Part shown: positions 41,503 through 54,491 of the stretch, one piece after another
Layout of the letters: each line of letters starts with the position of its first letter
Position numbering within the stretch: position 1 is the stretch's first letter
Notes under the pieces: model-generated
What the model saw: only the letters and a program-made list of their open reading frames with translations
What the model was told of the DNA's origin: nothing
Databases searched by the model: none
Assembly (NCBI GenBank): GCA_964016885.1
Contig: OZ024742.1
Coordinates: forward strand, 72,540,001-72,604,000
Origin: Eledone cirrhosa
Lineage: Eukaryota
Reading direction: 5' to 3'
DNA length: 64,000 nucleotides
Program-made: the position numbers and the translations under genes

Positions 41503-42734
41503 CAAGGTGTGCCTAAAGTAAGGGTACTGGTTTTCCTATGTACAGCATGATAACAAGTAATCGCTATTTGTGTACAGATGTGTCTAAAACCTCTGTTATG
41601 TTTGCAATACAGGAAAATATTGAACAACAGTATGTGACCAAATTTTGTATAAAACTCAACATGTATGGAGGCACATGGCTTAGTGGTTAGAGCATTGGCC
41701 TTGCAATCGAAAGGTTGTGAGTTCAATTCTCAGACCGGGTGATGTGTTGTTTCCTTGAGCAAGACACTTTATTTCACATTGCTCCAGTTTACTCAGCTGT
41801 AGAAATGAGATGATAGGGACTGGGATCCATATCATTCCACTGCAAAGTGGTCGTGGAGGTGCCACAGCAAAAAAGCACCCCAGCACACACTGTAAATGAG
41901 GTTGGTGTTAGGAAGGGCATCCAGCTGTAGAAATCAAGCCAGAATCAGTTCCCGTCCCACCCTTGCAAGCAAGGAAAAAGCGGACGTAAAATGAAATGGT
42001 GATGATGATGATGAAATCTGCCACTGAACACATTTAATTATTTAACACAAGCTTATGGAGATGCCACTCTATCGAGAAGTAAAGTTTTTAAGTGACACAA
42101 AGCTTTCAAAGAAGGCTGAGAATATGTTGAAGACAAACCTCATTCTGGAAGACCAACCTCATCAACAAATGAACAAAATGTTGAAGTGGTGTGAGCAGTT
42201 ATGGTGAAAAGATCGCTGATTAAGTGTTTGGATGATTGCAGAAGAAATACAGTTCACAGAATTTTAATAGACCATTTGCACATGAGAAAAATTTGTGCAA
42301 AACTAGTGTCTAAACACTTGTCTGTGGAGCAAAAAGTGAACCAGTTGGAAATTTGCTAGAAAGACTCAAAATTGACAAATATGTCTTGGAATAACTTTAA
42401 AAACAGGTCCAGCAAGTTAGAAAGGACATTGCAGATTTGTTGTAGTACCACGACAACATGCCTGTTCACAGCACTTTCGATTAGTGAATTCCTGACAAAA
42501 AGAAACATTCCCACTCTTCCACATCTCCCCTACAGCCTAGATCTAGTTCTAAGTTGAAATGTCATCATTTTGGGACTGAGAAAACATACAAGAAATTGTA
42601 ACCAATGAGCTAAGGACACTCAGAGAAAATAACTTCTCTCAGGATGTACTTTGAAAGAGATAACTTGTAATTTCATGTACATCTAGTATTAAATAAAACA
42701 TCAGTACCTACCCTTACTTTTGAGACAAACCTCG
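41503..42734 (+). mobile_element. decayed mariner transposon
   Basis: TA-flanked TIRs caaggtgtgcctaaagtaagggta / tacccttactttttgagacaaacctcg; transposase remnants HSGRP, MRKICAKLV, HDN, PHLPYSLDL (YSPDL-like). Confidence 0.85.
41661..42013 (+). mobile_element. same SINE, copy 2 (inserted in a mariner)
   Basis: Reverse complement of 12134-12470; (GAT)n tail. Confidence 0.9.
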
Positions 42735-42882
42735 TATGTGTGTGTATTTATATATGAGTGTATGCATGTATGAATAAATGTGTGTACACATACACTTTTG
42801 TCCATATAAATATGCATGTGTGTTTATGTGCATATGTATAAGAAAGAGAGAGGATTTGGTAAGAAAGATGAGGGGGGTAAAG

Positions 42883-42997
<115 letters not shown>

Positions 42998-43146
42998 AGA
43001 AAGGGGGAGATAAGAAGTGTGAAGAGAGAAAAAGAAAAAAGGAGTCTGGAGAAAAAGGAATGAAAGAGAAGGTATGAAGATAGAGAGATAAAAGAGAAAG
43101 AGGTGTGAAAACAGAGAGGGGGTGTACTTACAATATTATCACTCAC

Positions 43147-43213
43147 ATCATGGTCACCTCCTAGAGGTTGAAGCTCAGGGTTTTCATTGCTGTCAGGTTT
43201 CCACAGCAATAAA
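43147..43213 (-). CDS. ARFGEF1: ARF-GEF exon 13 in window (67 nt)
   Basis: LLLWKPDSNENPELQPLGGDHD, with the LLxWxP motif; cag/gtgagt; phase 2-0 fits both neighbours. Confidence 0.88.
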
Positions 43214-43649
43214 CTGACAAGAAAAAGTACAAAACAAATCAAGATATAGAATAAAAGCTGAAATGAGAAGGTCAACTATTACATAGTTTTTTTAATGGCT
43301 CCTTTCACTCATTTGCACATGGAAAGTTCTCTAAGGCATAGGCTTGGGAAGGGGCTTTTTTTTGTGAAAGACCAGCAGTTGCCCATATATGTCACCAATG
43401 TTATCCAAGGGAAAAGCCGATACTAATGCAGCTTGACCCCTGTGATGGAACAAGCAAATTTAAAACACAAAGAACCTAAAGAGATACCACAATACATCAC
43501 ATTTGATACTTTAACAATTCCATCAGATAGAAGGAAAGTTGAACACAGCAGGATTTGTACTCAGAGTACAGAGAAGTAGAACAAATACTATGAAATATTC
43601 TAAAATGGTGCTCACCCAACTAGCAATATTATGAGTACAAGTGGGGTCA

Positions 43650-44070
43650 AATTGAGTGCAAGTTGGGTTGACAAGAGTGCGTGAAGGGTTGACAAGGGTG
43701 GGAGAGGGGTCGACCTGAGTGGGTGAGGGGTCGACCTGAGTGGGTGAGAGGTCGACCTGAGTGGGTGAGGGTCGACCTGAGTGAGTGAAGGGTTGACAAG
43801 AATGCATTAGGGGTCGACAAGAGTGCAAGAAGGGGTTGACAAGAGTGCAAGAAGGGGTCGACAAGAGTGCAAGAAGGGGTCGACAAGAGTGCAAGAAGGA
43901 GTCGAGAAGAGTGCAAGAAGGGGTCGACAAGAGTGCAAGAAGGGACGACGAGAGTGCAAGAGGGGTTGACAAGAGTGCAAGAGGGGTCGACAAGAGTGCA
44001 AGAAGGGGTCAACAAGTGTGCAAGAGGAGGCCGACAAGTGTGCAGGGGGGGGGGGACAAGTGTGCAAGAT
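43650..44070. repeat. minisatellite (gacaagagtgcaagaaggggtc)n
   Basis: Visible ~21-22-bp units with many SalI (gtcgac) sites. Confidence 0.95.
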
Positions 44071-44156
44071 TGCAAAAGGGGGTGAAACAGCTAATATAGA
44101 GCTGAACATGCCATAGTTGAAGACACATTAGAAATAGTAAAATGTTTCACAGATAC

Positions 44157-44295
44157 CTATGAGGAATGGTACATCGGAATATTTCCAGCATACAAGTACA
44201 GGTTTTACTCCAGACTTCAGGGGAGAACTTCTTACCATTGGAAATAACTAAATTTTCTAAACAATTGGTTCCAGAGCGAGCTAACTGCTCATTAT
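44157..44295 (-). CDS. ARFGEF1: ARF-GEF exon 12 in window (139 nt)
   Basis: [45 protein letters not shown]; cag/gtatct. Confidence 0.95.
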
Positions 44296-44363
44296 CTGTC
44301 AAATATAATAAAACAAGAAAATAGATTTACTACTGTGTATGTGTGATTGTATCTGCATGCATA

Positions 44364-45846
44364 TCTCTATATATATAAAACAGAGGATGTCTCTGTCTGT
44401 GTCTGCGTAAATCCCTAAAACTCGAGAAGTACACAAGCAATTTTTTTCAAACTTTACAATGCGTTACTTATATTTTTTGAAGTGCAATGGGATAAAAAAT
44501 GTTAACTTTTCTGCCCTAGGGCCAGCATTAGGCGAAAAACCGTATTTAAAGTCATTTTTAGGCTTTTTTGAGGCGTAACTTAAAGATAATCCAGCCAATT
44601 TCCTTGAGTTAGTCTCCTCGCATTGCTGTGGACAAATTTCCGATTCCATTAATGGTTTCTAGGAAATTTACGAATTAACATTGGGCATCAAATGCCATTT
44701 TCATTTTCAATAGAAACGCTACTTAAACATCGTAAGTAGTGTATAATATTTTGTTAAAAATTTGGTTTATTTAACAGAGGACACAACACTTACTTTTAAG
44801 CAGGACCATTTTCGGGGTACTGAGGAAATGAGGAGGACCTTAAATAAAATTTTTGTCGGCACCCTGTTGATGCTTCGTGCTTTCATCACGCGCAAATCCG
44901 GGCCCTGTGTACGTTGCTGTGTTATTGACACTGTAAAACTCAGTCTGTGCTTCTTCTACTAAGACCCCTTTTGTCATCCAATATAACAGTGTTATAAGCA
45001 CAACAGCGAGGAGGTAGGTACGTTATCGCTATTTCTTTAACAAGCCTGGTTTACTTTTACTTTTGTGTCTTCACAAAAACGTCTGTTTCCTTTGGTTTAA
45101 GGTGAACACTTCCAGAAAAAAATACCCTCCGTTGGTTGACAATTGGCGCGACAATTTAAGGCGTATAATCAAATCCTGATCACATACAGAGTTATTCTAT
45201 GGGCTGCCAGGGAAAGCAACCAAATTCCTTTTAAGGGCTGCCAGTGAACGCATACAAAGTCCATTTAAGGGCTACATGTGAATGCACACAAGGCCCTTTT
45301 TAGAGCCCTCACTCAAAATGGTTGATGGTGACCCCAATAGTAACTCCGAAGTGTTCGGCATCTGACATAACAGTTCGGTCTATATCAGATTGGGTAGCTT
45401 TACGAAGAGGCTATGGTCTCCTCTGGGGAAGGCCCAACATGCTGTGTGGTTACATGACATGTCTTACTCAAGCATTGCAGGCTTTACTCTGTACAGTATG
45501 CATGCGGGTGCAATAGACATAACTGATGATGTCTGTCCGGATGACTGGGTGCAAATCTATAAAACTCAAAAAAGTACCTAACCGATTTTCTTCAAATGGA
45601 AGAAAAATCATACTCTAAGATTTAGTCCGCTTAAAGAGTATCCAGCTGATTTTCTTCAGATTTTGCATATACATGCAGATGTTTCACGATTCGGGCCTGT
45701 TGGTGTTCTACGTTTCCAGTAGATGAACAATCATTCCCTGAGAATAAGGGAATTCAAAAAGTACACAGCTACATTGCTCAATCTTTGCATATGCGTGTTG
45801 CTATTTCACGTTTCCTACCGCGTGCAACGCCGGGTCCTGCTGCTAG
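44364..45846 (+). mobile_element. non-autonomous Helitron
   Basis: A|TC(TC)TATATATATAAAA start; ccgcgtgcaacgccggg hairpin then CTAG|T; no TSD. Confidence 0.75.
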
Positions 45847-46520
45847 TATATATATATATATATATATATAAAAACACTATATGCTTGCAGAAATATATAT
45901 ATATAAATGAACTATCATATGCTTGTATAAATCTATACATCTATACATAATATAAAAGAGGGATGTTTATTCATTGGTTGGTTGGTTCCTTTGCGCAGCA
46001 CTCAAAAAACTGACAATCAAAAAGTAAATACAGCAATGGAATAAGGGTATATCCAGGAAGGTTTATTGATACTAATTTTATAACATCAAAAAGGAAGAAA
46101 AACATCCCGGTTATGCTAACCAGCCTAACTGCTATTTCTAGCAGGTTGGGAATTAAGCATAAGGGATTCTCTGCACAATCGTTGTCAGTGATGATCTGTA
46201 TACATACAAGTATGTGAATTTTATATGTCTAGAGATATATGCTATGTTTAATAACTATACATTTTAAAAGCCGAGCTGGCCATCAGCCTTTCAATATTCA
46301 TAGCTGAGCTTTTAACATTTTTATTTATTAAACATACTGTATATCTCTAGATATACGAAATTCACATACATGTATGTATACAGCTATGTCAGAGCTAAAT
46401 GTTAATTCTACTTGTAAGTTGAACCAACTTACACAGCTCCATATGAAAATGAGGCTAATCAGCCCACCTACACAGGCAAAAAAACTATATATTTCTGCCT
46501 GTTTCAAGTTCCAACAGAGA

Positions 46521-46584
46521 GCAGGGGAAGCACTGTCCTGATGATGACCAGAGCTTGAAATGCACGTAGACGGTTCTACCCTGC
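46521..46584 (+). ncRNA. degenerate minimal type I hammerhead ribozyme (Penelope-like)
   Basis: gcaggg..ctgtc-CTGATGA-(12 nt)-GAAA-tgcac-GTA-gacgg..ccctgc. Confidence 0.55.
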
Positions 46585-46635
46585 TGCTACTGCTGGAATT
46601 CGCTAGATGGTGCTGGCTGCCAGCCTTTCAATATT

Positions 46636-46971
46636 TCATCATTTCATTTTACGTCCGCTTTTTTCCTGCTTGCAAGGGTGGGACGGGAACTGATGCTGGT
46701 TTGATTTCTACAGCTGGATGCCCTTCCTAACACCAACCTCATTTACAGTGAGTGCTGGGTGCTTTTTTGCCGTCGCACCTCCACGACCACTTTGCAGTGG
46801 AATGATATCGACCCCAGTCCCTATCATCTCATTTCTACAGCTGAGGAAACTGGAGCAATGTGAAATAAAGTGTCTTGCTCAAGGAAACAACACATCACCT
46901 GGTCTGAGAATTGAACTCACAACCTTTCGATTGCAAGGCCAATGCTCTAACCACTAAGCCATGTGCCTCCA
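46636..46971 (-). mobile_element. same SINE, copy 3
   Basis: Near-identical to the other copies. Confidence 0.9.
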
Positions 46972-48509
46972 TATATATATACATATATATATAAATATAC
47001 ACACTCAAACATACATATATATGTTTATTTATTAAAATGTTTATTTATTAAACATACCGTATATCTTTAGATATATGAAATTCACATATTTGTATATATA
47101 TATATGTATATATTTGAAAAGGGAATAAGGTTCTATACAAAACAGAAGTTATAGAAAAAAAGCGAAATTGGAAACAGCACGGAAAATATATTTAAAGAAG
47201 CTGTTTTTTTTTTTTGATCCGTCAAAGTGACATTATTGAAAAAATGAGAACAATTTTTTTAAAAACAAAAGGAGTTTTATAATGGTTAAAGAAAATAATG
47301 AAATTTCCTTCAAAACTCTTTCGGGTATATTTAAAACTTCTATGTAACATATCTTTTAGTTGCAGTATGATTTCATACTTAGTTTCTTTATTCCTTTCAT
47401 ATCTTGTCTGTGCTTGGGTTTTCATATCACTCATGAAATACAATTGTAAATATTTTGGTTCTTGTTCTGAAAGTAGCTGAATTGGTCCAATTCTGTAGTA
47501 CACTTGCTCTTGGATCTTAAAAGAGGGTATAAAGCCACCTTCGTGGATGACATTTGCATCTGTTAACTAGGTGAAGTTTAAAAAATGACAACGCAAACAC
47601 AGGGATGCAAAAACATAATTTGCGTTGTCATTTTTTTAACTTCACCTAGTTAACAGATGCAAATGTCATCCACGAAGGTGGCTTTATACCCTCTTTTAAG
47701 ATCCAAGAGCAAGTGTACTACAGAATTGGACCAATTCAGCTACTTTCAGAACAAGAACCAAAATATTTACAATTGTATTTCATGAGTGATATGAAAACCC
47801 AAGCACAGACAAGATATGAAAGGAATAAAGAAACTAAGTATGAAATCATACTGCAACTAAAAGATATGTTACATAGAAGTTTCAAATATACCCTAGAAAG
47901 AGTTTTGAAGGAAATTTCATTACTTTCTTTAACCTTGGCAATGCCAGGTACTTCTGCTAGTGTGTGTGTGTATATATATATATAAACACAATCATATGCT
48001 TGTATAAATATATAAGTAAGTATGTGTGTGTGTATGTGCGTGTCTGCACATGTGTGTGTGTGTTTAATGATGATAATCATGAGAATAGTAGAGATTAATA
48101 TATTCTTTGTTAAGGCCAAGCTTGAGTTTTGTCTGGTATCTCTGTGACGACACAGGAGAAACTCCAGAGTAACAAGATACAAGCTTGACCTTAAGAACAT
48201 ATATATATATATATATGTCTAATGTTAGAGACTTAAATCCACATATGAATTTCACATAAGTCAGCTCCCACATATACTGTTGTATGAGAGTTGTGTAGAT
48301 TAATGATGAGTATAAGTTTAAGATGAAGGGGTAGCATTGATGAGGGGTGAGCACAATTGAAGGGTGTGTGTAGGTGAGGAGGGTGTGTAGGTGAGGAGGG
48401 AGTGCAGGTAGAGGAAGTGTGTAGATAAGAGTGCATAAAAAGAAGAGAAAGTGAGGGACAGTGCAATATAAGCTGAATGAGTAGTGGTTATAGGATTATC
48501 AAAACTCAC

Positions 48510-48645
48510 CTTGTTGTACACACCAGTGTAGTTGTTTGTACAGCTCATCAAGGAGTATATGGTGTAAAATGGAGTAATGTTGTGTAAATACATCAACAAT
48601 AGCGTACAGTGCGTGGTTACATGTGGTAGTCATCCATTCAGCTTT
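48510..48645 (-). CDS. ARFGEF1: ARF-GEF exon 11 in window (136 nt)
   Basis: [45 protein letters not shown]; cag/gtgagt. Confidence 0.96.
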
Positions 48646-49448
48646 CTGAAATAGAATAATACTCTGCCTAAAAACATTTTGAATTATACTTAATATATAC
48701 ATATATATAAAACCATCATACCTGGTGGCCATATCACTATCTGCCACATGCCACCCATTCTTAAGCAGAACAGCTTGTGTGTATGTGTGTGTGTGTAGAG
48801 AGAGAGAGACTTATACCATGTGTATTCCAGTTTTTAGAATAGATACGCCATATCCCTACATGTTGTTAGAGGCAACTAAGAGAGTTGGCTTGAGGATGAG
48901 GATCCAGCTGTAAAACATTGTCTTGAAATTACGTAAAGAGGCATAATGAAATGCTGCAAAGCATCGATGACGATGATATATCATCCTCATCATTTAATGT
49001 ACATTTTCCCTGTTAGCAAGGGATGAATGGGTCAGTCGAGTCCACTGTTCTCTCAGATGGATCAGAAGTTGAATCTCGCTTACATACATTTCCACACTTT
49101 ACAGAATGTACTAGATGTGTTTTATTCTGGTACCAATACTAGAGTGGCTGTCATGTCTTTGACATAACTGAATAGATTGCATGACACTTTAGCAAGTTTT
49201 CTATGGATAAATGTCCTTCCTATTACCAACTACTTTACAGTATACTGGGTGCGTTTTAACATTGCACCAACTCTAGGGAGGATGTCTCTGAAGACTCCTT
49301 TCAATACTTTTTGTCATGGTTTCTATGACTGGATGTCCTTCCTATCACCAACCACTAGGGAGGCTGTCATATCCTTGATATGACTGAAGAGTCCTCCAAA
49401 CCCTTGATCTAGACCCCCCCCCCCCAAAAAAAAAAATGGGACACTGAC

Positions 49449-49578
49449 CTCATTCTGTTGCTCAGGAAGTTTCATGTTATCAAATATCCGGAAAACAACA
49501 CGAAATAAATCTCTCCACCAATTCTGTTGGAATGTATCACCATAGGTCTTCATAATTTCAAACATCACAGTTAAGCCT
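49449..49578 (-). CDS. ARFGEF1: ARF-GEF exon 10 in window (130 nt)
   Basis: [43 protein letters not shown]; cag/gtcagt. Confidence 0.96.
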
Positions 49579-49739
49579 CTGAAGATGACAAACAGAAAGG
49601 GAAAAAATTACACTTAAGTGTGACTGAGGGAGAGAGAGTGAAAGAGAGAGAGAATGAGAGAGAGAGAGAGAGAATGAGAGAGTTAATGAAAAGATTGAAT
49701 ATAATAAAGGAGGTTACAGTTTCAGCTAAATCAGCTCAC

Positions 49740-49870
49740 CTTGTACGAACATCCAGCTTACATCTGTTTATAACACAGGATAACTCAAATAGAACCGGAA
49801 ACCAGCCTTTTACCCAGACTCTGCCTTCTTCTGGAACATTCATTTCTTCAGTACCATGTTCACGGAAACT
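49740..49870 (-). CDS. ARFGEF1: ARF-GEF exon 9 in window (131 nt)
   Basis: [43 protein letters not shown]; tag/gtgag. Confidence 0.95.
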
Positions 49871-50327
49871 CTACAACACAAGAGAGATATAGGTGACACT
49901 TTTTTTTAACTGTTTGGTAAGTTATTTCACTTAAGATATGGTAGGGATGGCTAATCAGTCATGTCAACGACCTGACAAACTCTCTAATGGCAATGCCACG
50001 ATAAAATACACCCAATACACTCTGTAAAGAGGTTGGTGTTAGGAAGAACATCCAGTTGTAGAAATCATGAAAAGGATTGAGAGGATTCTTCAGTTGTGTC
50101 AAAGATAACGACAGCTTCTCTAATAGTGGTGCCATGATAAAATGCACCTAGTACTCTCTGTAAAGTGATTGGCATTAAAAAAAAAGGATCTAGCTGTAGA
50201 AACCACTCCAAACTGGAATGTATGAGCAATATGTGGCCTCCAGCCCATCTTGTGACCATGTTAGAAATGCTTACTATACAGTAATATGTACTACTGAGTA
50301 TCAACGTCTTTCATTATACATTTATAA

Positions 50328-50512
50328 GGGCGGTGGATTGGCAGTATCGGTAGAGGGTCGGACGCCATGCTTTCCAGCATAGTTACGTCCCTTTACGATC
50401 TGAGTTCAAATCCCGCCGAGGTTGACTTTGCCTTTCATCCTTACGGGGTCGATAAAATAAAGTACCAGTAATGCACTGGGTAATTGCTGGCCTTGTGCCT
50501 AAAGTAGAAACA
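50328..50512 (+). mobile_element. second tRNA-derived SINE family, full copy with TSD
   Basis: B box GAGTTCAAATCCC; central ctttgcctttcatccttacggggtcgataaaataaagtaccag; flanked by attatacatttataa direct repeats. Many degenerate copies at ~8030-8990, 10330-10450, 15730-17670, 23860-24170 and 37390-37590. Confidence 0.85.
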
Positions 50513-50854
50513 ATTATACATTTATAACAGGGCCAGTGATACACCTCTCTGCTATTGGTTACTGATACATCTCTCTACTCTACACTATATCTCTGGTTCC
50601 TTGATACTTCATTATACTCTATCATGCTAATGATGATGATGATAATGACGATGGTGGTAGTGGTGGTGGTGATGATGATAGTGATAATTATGATGATAGT
50701 GATAATTATAATGATAGTATGACAATGATGATAATGATGATGTAAACTTGTCCTATAAATGCAAAGGAAGGCAAAAGTACCCCAAAACTAACGAATATCA
50801 TCACCATCACTAAAATACAAATGAAAATTAAAGTGAAACAAAAAAAAATCTTAC

Positions 50855-51015
50855 GATGGGTTTCTCTGCCACATACTTGGCACAGTTGCGAATTAAGCGT
50901 ATAGCTTCCATGCTAGTGTCAGGAAATGCAGCATTGCAGGCAAATTCCGACAAACACTTCACTGCATCTTGAAACGAGTCGATGATGGCAGAAAAATGCT
51001 TTTCAAATATACTAG
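50855..51015 (-). CDS. ARFGEF1: ARF-GEF exon 8 in window (161 nt)
   Basis: [53 protein letters not shown]; cag/gtaag. Confidence 0.95.
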
Positions 51016-51489
51016 CTGAAAGTAGGGAGGAAATAAAGAGGAATTAGTTTTAGAAATTGATATGGTCATTGGATTTGTAAGTAAGCATATGCTATGTGCG
51101 TGTGTGTGTATATGCGTGTACAGGCATATGTAGATATCAGCCTCCAAAACAATTGTTATCCAAATGATACACACCCGCACAGTGTGGGAAAATGCTCTGA
51201 TATGCAGAACCCAAGATGCAAGCTACTTCATGATCTCTGTGGAGACAGAATCAAGAAAACATTACCCCTGGAGAGTAGCAAGAGAAATTCATTCAAATAG
51301 TCATTTCAACTCCCTGGGCTCACTCCTATGGGTGACCAAATCCATGATTATGCTGCTATAGGTAAAACAACAAACCTACTGGAAAGTGATCAATAATTGA
51401 ATATTTGGGGATATTGCTGAGCAATGAAACTTAAATTTCTTTAGAAAAGGTAACTAGATGGATAGGGTTGTCCCAAATATACTGGCTGT

Positions 51490-51569
<80 letters not shown>

Positions 51570-52846
51570 GAAAAAAATGAAGTTGTTTACATATGAAAAA
51601 TAATATTTTTTGTTTTTTCTATTATATACACTCAGCCTGCGCATAGAGTGCTTGATTTGGTACCAACACCAGTATTTCACTATACTACCCCCACTATATA
51701 TATATACACTGGGAATAACCACATGGATAGAGTTATCACATATATACTAGCTGTAATAACATGGATAAAGTTATCACATACTGGCTGTAGCAATATGAAG
51801 AGGGCTGTCAAAAATATAGTGGTTATAATTATATGGATAGGTTAAAGGTTAAAATCTGTCAAGTCCAGTGGCTCATCATGACAGAGTTATCCCAGTTTCA
51901 TTGGCATTAAGTGACTGAAAGTACAAATCTCTTCACTGGACAGGACATCAGTCCACCACTGCTATTACTTATTTTCAGCTGAGTTGACTGGTAAATGTAA
52001 AATGAAGTGTTTTGCTCAAGAACAAAATGCACCACTCAGTCCAGCAATGAGGCCCATGATATTATAATCATAAGCCTTACACCCTAAACTTGCACATTTT
52101 CATAGATAGATAGGGATGTCCCAAAAAGACTGGCTATAACTACATGGATGGGATTGTCTCATTTATACTATCTGAAAATAGAAATGGTAACTAAACAGAT
52201 AGTGTTATTGTTTTTACTATAATTTTTTCCTTTTATGCTCTACTGCACATTGGGCTGCTTTTGGGTGGTTTCAGTAGCATATCAGTTTTTCTATGAGAAG
52301 TTACTAGCCCCTTGTTCAATGCTTCTTCTGGGGAAAGGGATGCTATGAGCAGTCTCTCACAGCCCTTACAGCACATTATAGCAGAGAGAGACAAACAGGC
52401 AGACAGAGAAAGAAGACTACATAGATATTCACACACACTTGTGTCTGTATTTGTGGGTGGGTATGTATGGCTATCATGTCACAAGGGTGATAGTTTTAGT
52501 CTTTCTGAAACCAAACCACTTGAAAATGTCTCTTGTTATACAATACAATGCTGTTTATTTTTAAGTGTTCATATTTATCTAAACACCTTTCATCATAATT
52601 TCATGTAAGAACCTTGTACAAAGTTATGCTCTAAACTGTTTAATAATGAAATGTTAGCTATATTGCTAAATCTCTCCAAATTCTTATTTTCAAAAAGGAT
52701 TTAAAAATTATAAATAGTGTCTTTCATTAGAAATATGGTTTAACGAAAGGGTTAAGTTTAACATGCACAACATTGATCCATTTAGTATCAGAAGTCTATG
52801 AGCACTGCCCCTTCCTCCAGATCAAACAAACAAACAAAATACTTAC

Positions 52847-53019
52847 AGATAATCTTGCCAGTAGTTTGGAATGCCAGTTCGACGATACCTTCATCTTGGT
52901 CTGAGGCAGCTAAATGGAACACACTAAATATATTCTTCCAACCAGATTTGATGTTAGCAGCTTGTGAGTTGACCATCTGAGCTATACACCGGACAACCAT
53001 GTCACGGATGGTTGGGGAC
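52847..53019 (-). CDS. ARFGEF1: ARF-GEF exon 7 in window (173 nt)
   Basis: [57 protein letters not shown]; tag/gtaagt. Confidence 0.96.
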
Positions 53020-53045
53020 CTAAAGGGTTAAAAAAAGTTGAGAAT

Positions 53046-53850
53046 CATCACTATCATCATCCTTTTACATCCACTTTTTCATGCTTGTATGAGTTGGACA
53101 GATTTTTTTCCTGCCCAACTTCCCTTCACCTACTGTCTTCCTTCATCATCTCCTCTGCCAAGTTCAGCATTTAGGGATCCATTCTCACCACTTATGCCCA
53201 GGTCTTCCTGAGCCTTCCTCTATTCAAGTTTCCTTCCACTGGGAAATTCTGGCACTTCACCCAACAATCATCATTCACACACATCACATGTTCATACTAG
53301 TGCAGTTTTCTCTCTTGCACATTACATTTGCTTTCTCTTATATCCAATTTTATATTTATATATTAAAAACAGTGACAGACTCGAGTGACATTTTACATAT
53401 CATAAATATATGTACAAATGCATACTGAGTACAAAGCAGCATGTTAGTAAGACATGGGCATCGAATGCAAAGAATGCGTGAAGGTTAGAAAGAAATTAAG
53501 CTAGCTTGCTCCATTGGATGTGTAATGTTGGTGTGTGTGAACAGCAAAGCAGAGATGAAATAAAGGAAAAATCAAACTGAAGGGGAATCAGACACAGTGT
53601 GTTACAGAGATGATTGCATTGGCAAGGACATGTGATGTATATGGATGATGATCATTGGATGAAGAAAGGTAATGAGTTCCAAATGGAAAGAAGCTGCAGA
53701 AGAGGAAGACTGAGGAAAAACTTTGGTAGAACTAATCACAGAATGCTGAACCTCACAAAGGAGATGATGAAAGAAGGTAATAGATGGAGGAAAGCTGTAC
53801 TGGAGAAGACTTGTTCAACTCATGCAAATATGGTAAAGTGGACATAAAAA
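53046..53850. mobile_element. two old RTE 3' fragments in opposite orientation (minus ~53046-53350, plus ~53420-53850)
   Basis: LHWQGHVMYMDDDHWMKK...RGRLRK on plus; degenerate reverse complement with (CAT)n on the left. Confidence 0.65.
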
Positions 53851-53893
53851 TATGTGACGTGTTTGAATGACTAAGTTGCCAAATAGTATTTAC

Positions 53894-54045
53894 CTATTTT
53901 TCTTCATGATATGTTCAAATGGTCGCAGGAAATCCTTCTGGAATCGGAAATTTGCAAATTCTCCTTTCTCCAGAAACTTCATGGATAACTGACGGTGAGA
54001 ATCGACAGCGAAGAATGAGATGTCTTCATTAGGGTTACAGCCAAC
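53894..54045 (-). CDS. ARFGEF1: ARF-GEF exon 6 in window (152 nt)
   Basis: [50 protein letters not shown]; cag/gtaaat. Confidence 0.96.
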
Positions 54046-54491
54046 CTGTAATGAGATACATAGAGATTAAGAGAATAATAAATAGGGACTAGTACATAAC
54101 CCATTGTTTTACAGATGGAATATGTAATATTCAATTTCTTAGATAGAAAACCAAGATGAAGAAATTTAAGACTTTTGTTTATCTTACACGTTTTAACAAA
54201 AAAGAGATTAAAAAAGAAAACTGAAAAACTTGCTCAACCTCCATTACTAAAATATAGAGATGTGTTTATATATTAGAAACTGAGCACCGATTCAAAAAAT
54301 TTGTCAATAACCTTTAATGTTACTCAATCCAGTCTCTTCAGAGATTTCGGAAAATATATAAATATTTCATAAAAAACATCCAAATAGTAATATATAGAGA
54401 TAGACAGATAGCAAGAGAAACAGACAGACAAACTAACAAATAGACAACACCATTGACAAACATTGATTTTTGGTATGAATGTAAACATTTT

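Larger units (their letters stand above)
45940..47960 (+). mobile_element. composite Helitron with Rep/helicase fragment
   Basis: A|TCTATACATAATATAAAA start; EGGFIPSFKIQEQVYYRIG...PKYLQLYF resembles the Helitron FKxQGQVYHRIG...PKFxQIYF motif; ccttggcaatgccagg hairpin + CTAG|T. Pairing of these two ends is inferred. Confidence 0.65.

Noticed and set aside
41667-41740. tRNA gene
   Set aside because: A and B boxes are present, but the anticodon and acceptor stems do not pair; it is a SINE head.
43523-44109. Overlapping repetitive ORFs and a CRISPR-like appearance
   Set aside because: Head-to-tail minisatellite with no unique spacers, no cas genes and a eukaryotic context.
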